Assembly: GCA_963716255.1 (NCBI GenBank)
Contig: OY970303.1
Location: 1,760,001 to 1,824,000, forward strand
Source of the DNA: an uncultured Gemmatimonadales bacterium
GTDB taxonomy: Bacteria > Gemmatimonadota > Gemmatimonadetes > Longimicrobiales > Longimicrobiaceae
DNA: 64,000 bases
Direction of reading: 5' to 3'
The notes beneath the pieces are model-generated. The model was not told the origin of the DNA. It worked only from the letters and a program-made list of their open reading frames with translations, and ran no database searches. Of this stretch, positions 60,762-64,000 are shown in pieces (within the stretch, counting starts at the first letter, position 1; the number at the start of each line of letters is the position of its first letter). The translations under genes and the position numbers were made by a program.

Positions 60762-61196
60762 CTACAGCCGCTCTTCGCGGAGGAGCTCCCCGGAGGGGGA
60801 GTAGACGCGGAGCACGTTGGCGGCGCCGTCGTAGTCCGCGTCGATGAGCTGGTAGACGCGGTCGCCGCCGCGGAACACCTCCACCATGTCGCACCTGCCG
60901 TCGCCGTTGCGGTCGGTCCAGGTGGCGACCGGGAAGACGCCGGAGGTGAAGCGCACGAACTTGGCGTGCGGTCCGCCGCCCTCGCCGGCGGCGCGCACGT
61001 CGCCGGAGCCGACGCCGGAGGCGCCCGCCATGGACCCGAGCCAGGCGCCCGCCGCGCCCGCGCCGCCCTGGAGGGCGGCGCTCGCGGGCATCTCGGGCAT
61101 CTGCCGCGAGGGCGGACGCCAGTCCTGCGCGCGCGCCGCGGCCGGTGCGGCGAGAACGCACGCGCCCAGCAGGACGGGAACGAGACGACGTGTCAT
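60762..61196 (-). CDS. Secreted hypothetical protein
   Basis: RBS AGGAAGG; signal peptide; DxNxDG and DxDxDG possible Ca-binding loops. Confidence 0.7.
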   Translation of the reverse strand: MTRRLVPVLLGACVLAAPAAARAQDWRPPSRQMPEMPASAALQGGAGAAGAWLGSMAGASGVGSGDVRAAGEGGGPHAKFVRFTSGVFPVATWTDRNGDGRCDMVEVFRGGDRVYQLIDADYDGAANVLRVYSPSGELLREERL

Positions 61197-61342
61197 GGGA
61201 ACCTTCCTATGGTGGGGTGTGCTGCAATCTAAGGGTACACGGCGCGGAGCGCCACGTTCCTGGGCGGCTCCGGGTACGCGGGTTGCACAGGCAAAGCGGC
61301 GTTCTCCGCCGCGACGCGCAGGAACCCGCTCACACCCGGAAG

Positions 61343-62410
61343 ATGCCCGATTCCGCGATCTCCCGTCCACGCTACCAGGGACTGTCGGCCGCGCGCCGCT
61401 GGGAGCACGACCCCGCGCCGCCGCGCGCGGAGTTCTCCCTGGCCGCGGGAGACCGCATCGGGGAGCTCACCATCATCGGGCACCTGGCCTGCGGGCGCGC
61501 CACGGAGCTGTACCAGGTGTGGAGCGACCGGCACTGGACCGCGCTCACCGGCAAGATCACCTCGCCCGCCCACCTGGGGAACGGCACCCCGGCCGCGTTC
61601 CAGATGGAGGCGCGGGTCCTCGCCAAGCTCCAGCACCCCAACATCGTCCGCTTCTTCGGTACCGGGGTGGCGGAGGGGCGCCCGTACCTGCTGCTGGAGT
61701 ACTTCGCCGGCCCCTCGCTCTTCGACGTACTGGAGGGTCTCCCCAAGCGGCGCCTGCACGTGCCCGACGCGATCCGCGCCACAATGCACGTGGGGGCGGC
61801 GGTCCACTACCTGCACCGCTGCGGCTACCTGTACCGCGACCTCAAGCCGGCCAACATCCTGCTGCGCGAGGGGATCCCGGTGCTGGTGGACTTCGACGTG
61901 GTGCGCAGGATCAACCTGCGCGGCCGCCCCAGCGACCGCCTGGGGACCGCGCCGTACATGGCCCCGGAGCAGATCCGCAAGCAGGCGCTCTCCGCCGCGA
62001 CGGACGTGTACGGGCTGGGGGCGCTGCTGTACGAGCTGCTCACCGGCCACTGGCCCACCGAGGAGCCGCGCGACGAGGACGACGACGACTGGGACGACGA
62101 GGACTGGGACGACGAGCCCCCGGCGCGCCCCGTTTCCAGCGACCGCGCGGAAAGGACGATGCGGACGGGGGAGCTGGTCACAAGGTACCCGCAGCTCACC
62201 CGCTCGCCGGTGCCGCCGCGCCAGCACAACCCGCAGGTGACCACGGAGTTGGAGAAGGTGATGCTGCGCTGCCTGGACCGCGACCCGGCGCAGCGGTTCC
62301 AGACCGTGTCCGGCCTGCTCGCCGCGCTGGCGCCGCTGCTCAAGGGCCGCTACAAGCTGTGGCCGGACGGTGCGCCCATCGAGCGGCGAGCGGATACCGA
62401 GTCGCGCTGA
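61343..62410 (+). CDS. Hanks-type Ser/Thr protein kinase with atypical motifs
   Basis: HPNIV, YRDLKPANIL, DFD, GTAPYMAPE, DVYGLG..LYELLTG. Confidence 0.9.
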   Translation: MPDSAISRPRYQGLSAARRWEHDPAPPRAEFSLAAGDRIGELTIIGHLACGRATELYQVWSDRHWTALTGKITSPAHLGNGTPAAFQMEARVLAKLQHPNIVRFFGTGVAEGRPYLLLEYFAGPSLFDVLEGLPKRRLHVPDAIRATMHVGAAVHYLHRCGYLYRDLKPANILLREGIPVLVDFDVVRRINLRGRPSDRLGTAPYMAPEQIRKQALSAATDVYGLGALLYELLTGHWPTEEPRDEDDDDWDDEDWDDEPPARPVSSDRAERTMRTGELVTRYPQLTRSPVPPRQHNPQVTTELEKVMLRCLDRDPAQRFQTVSGLLAALAPLLKGRYKLWPDGAPIERRADTESR

Positions 62411-62433
62411 CTTCTACGGCAACGGATTACGGC

Positions 62434-62574
62434 GGGTTCGGGCGTGCCCCCGGCTGCGCCGGGGTCGGGCTGCGCGCTGCGTAGGACACGAAACTACCGT
62501 GTCCAACGCAGCCGAGCCCCCGCGGAAACAACCCCGCGGGGTCTCGGCCCTGCCGGGCGCGCATCCCTCACGCG
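62434..62574 (+). repeat. Family-1 structured repeat, copy N (most divergent)
   Basis: About 24 nt after the kinase stop; stems changed to TGCGCG/CGCGCA, CTGCGT/ACGCAG and CCGAG/CTCGG. Confidence 0.92.
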
Positions 62575-62700
62575 GGGTTCGTGCTGGCGTCCGCGGGGGC
62601 CCCCACCCGGCGCTGCGCGCCACCCTCCCCCAATTCTGGGGGAGGGTGCCGGGGGGAGGGGGTCGCCGTTGCAGTTCCGCAGTACCCCCCAGAATCTGTT

Positions 62701-62829
62701 CGGAGGGAGACCCGCCGGCAGTTTGGCGGGGCTCACTCCGGCGGAGGGAGACAGCGGGGCAGTTTCCGCTGGCTCCCGGAGCCCGCGCAGGAAACAGGCC
62801 GGCAGTTTGGCCTGGTTCCGGAGCGGCCC
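62701..62829 (-). repeat. Family-3 triple-hairpin repeat, copy 3
   Basis: Homologous to 22468-22598; about 22 nt after the stop of the oxidoreductase at 62852. Confidence 0.88.
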
Positions 62830-62851
62830 GCCCCCGCGGCACCCGGCCAGC

Positions 62852-63769
62852 CTACACCCTGCGCTCCTCGGGAATCAGCGACTTGTGGATGCCGATGGCG
62901 GCGCGCACCCCCTCGGAGGCGGCGCGGATGGCGAGGCGCGAGCCGGGCGTGATGTCGCCGGCGGCGTAGACCCCGGGGACGGTGGTGAGGTGGTCCCGGT
63001 CGACCTCCAGGATGCCGTCCTCGTCGGCCTCGCACCCCAGGTCGGCGGCGAGGGTGGAGCCGGGCCCGCTGGCGATGTGCACGAACATGGCGTCGAACTC
63101 GGCGGCCTCGCCGTCGTGGAAGACCACGCGCTCGACGCACCCGTCCTTCCCCTCCAGCCGGTCGATCACCCCGGTGCGGACGGGGATGCCGAAGCGCTCG
63201 AGCGCGGCCCGCGACTTTTCCGGCAGCTCGGGCGAGTGTCCGTGGGTGAGGATGGTGAGCTGGTCGGTCCAGGTGAGCATGTAGGTGCAGAACGCCGCGA
63301 TCTGCCGCCCCCAGCCGATGACGCCCACGCGCATCCCGGCCACGCCGGGGCCGTCGCAGTCGGGGCAGTGCCAGATGCTCTTGCCGTACAGCTCGTCGAA
63401 GCCGGGGATCTCGGGGAGGATGTCCTTGAGCCCGGTGCAGAGCAGGACGCGGCGGGCGCGCAGCTCGTGCCCGTCGGAAAGGCCCACGCGGAAGTCGTCC
63501 TCGGCGCCCTCCACGGTCTGGGCCATCGCGGCGCGGAACTCGGCGCCCACGGCGAGGGCCTGCTCCTTCATGCTGCGCCGCAGCTCGTACGGCGGGACCT
63601 CGTCCACGCCGGGGTAGCCGTGCACGGCCCAGGTCTCGGCGTTGCGGGGGTCGCCGGCGTCCACCACCAGCACGCTGCGCCGGTAGCGGCCCAGCCACAG
63701 GCCGGCGGCGAGCCCGGCGGGCCCGCCGCCGATGACGACGACGTCGTACGCTTGCTGCTGCGGCTCCAT
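62852..63769 (-). CDS. Thioredoxin-reductase-like NAD(P)/FAD oxidoreductase
   Basis: IGGGPAGL, CPDCDG redox motif, TTVPGVYAAGD. Confidence 0.92.
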   Translation of the reverse strand: MEPQQQAYDVVVIGGGPAGLAAGLWLGRYRRSVLVVDAGDPRNAETWAVHGYPGVDEVPPYELRRSMKEQALAVGAEFRAAMAQTVEGAEDDFRVGLSDGHELRARRVLLCTGLKDILPEIPGFDELYGKSIWHCPDCDGPGVAGMRVGVIGWGRQIAAFCTYMLTWTDQLTILTHGHSPELPEKSRAALERFGIPVRTGVIDRLEGKDGCVERVVFHDGEAAEFDAMFVHIASGPGSTLAADLGCEADEDGILEVDRDHLTTVPGVYAAGDITPGSRLAIRAASEGVRAAIGIHKSLIPEERRV

Positions 63770-63864
63770 CCGGGCTCCGGGCGCTTGCGGTGAACGGGTG
63801 CGGGAGGCGGGAGGGAGGTGCAAGCGGCGCGCCGCCCCCGGCCAGGACCCTCACCGCGCGCCCG

Positions 63865-64000
63865 CTACCGCCCGGCGCCGGGTCGTGCGAACAAGGGGCT
63901 CCAGATCTGCTCGGAAGGCGCCCGGCCGGTGGATCGCGTCAGGGCCGACAGCAGGAGGTCGTCCTCCGCGACGCCGGCGCGCTTCGCGAGCAGCTCCAAC
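63865..64000 (-). CDS. 3' end of an unknown CDS entering from the window edge
   Basis: Open frame LELLAKRAGVAEDDLLLSAL...GR* with GC3-rich codons. Confidence 0.4.
   Translation of the reverse strand, partial: LELLAKRAGVAEDDLLLSALTRSTGRAPSEQIWSPLFARPGAGR

Overview
A very GC-rich bacterial chromosomal segment. The gene set (SusC-like TonB receptor, PEP-CTERM protein, many lipoprotein peptidases/hydrolases, acuBC) resembles Gemmatimonadota such as Longimicrobium, which is an inference only. About 50 mostly housekeeping or accessory CDSs are supported (glgP, pdxH, apt, mreB, apaG, osmC, msrB, hrpB, mpl, arfB, acuBC, an ABC-F ATPase, a PilB/GspE ATPase, peptidases, hydrolases). I saw no rRNA, tRNA or CRISPR array. 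Four things stand out. (1) A dense, modular family of structured intergenic elements: 14 copies of a ~135-bp multi-stem element with many compensatory base changes, 11 of them starting about 10-27 nt after a stop codon in the same polarity, plus 3 copies of a related triple-hairpin element. (2) A 67-aa secreted peptide with the cysteine spacing of CS-alpha-beta defensins and scorpion toxins (47022-47225). (3) An AT-rich two-gene cassette (membrane-anchored protein plus DUF218/YdcF protein) next to a decayed IS with intact 16-bp terminal inverted repeats, followed by two paralogous stand-alone DnaJ-type zinc-finger microproteins that share a Cys-to-Asp substitution. (4) Several sigma54-like promoters. 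Start codons were chosen by eye and often differ from the ORF track.
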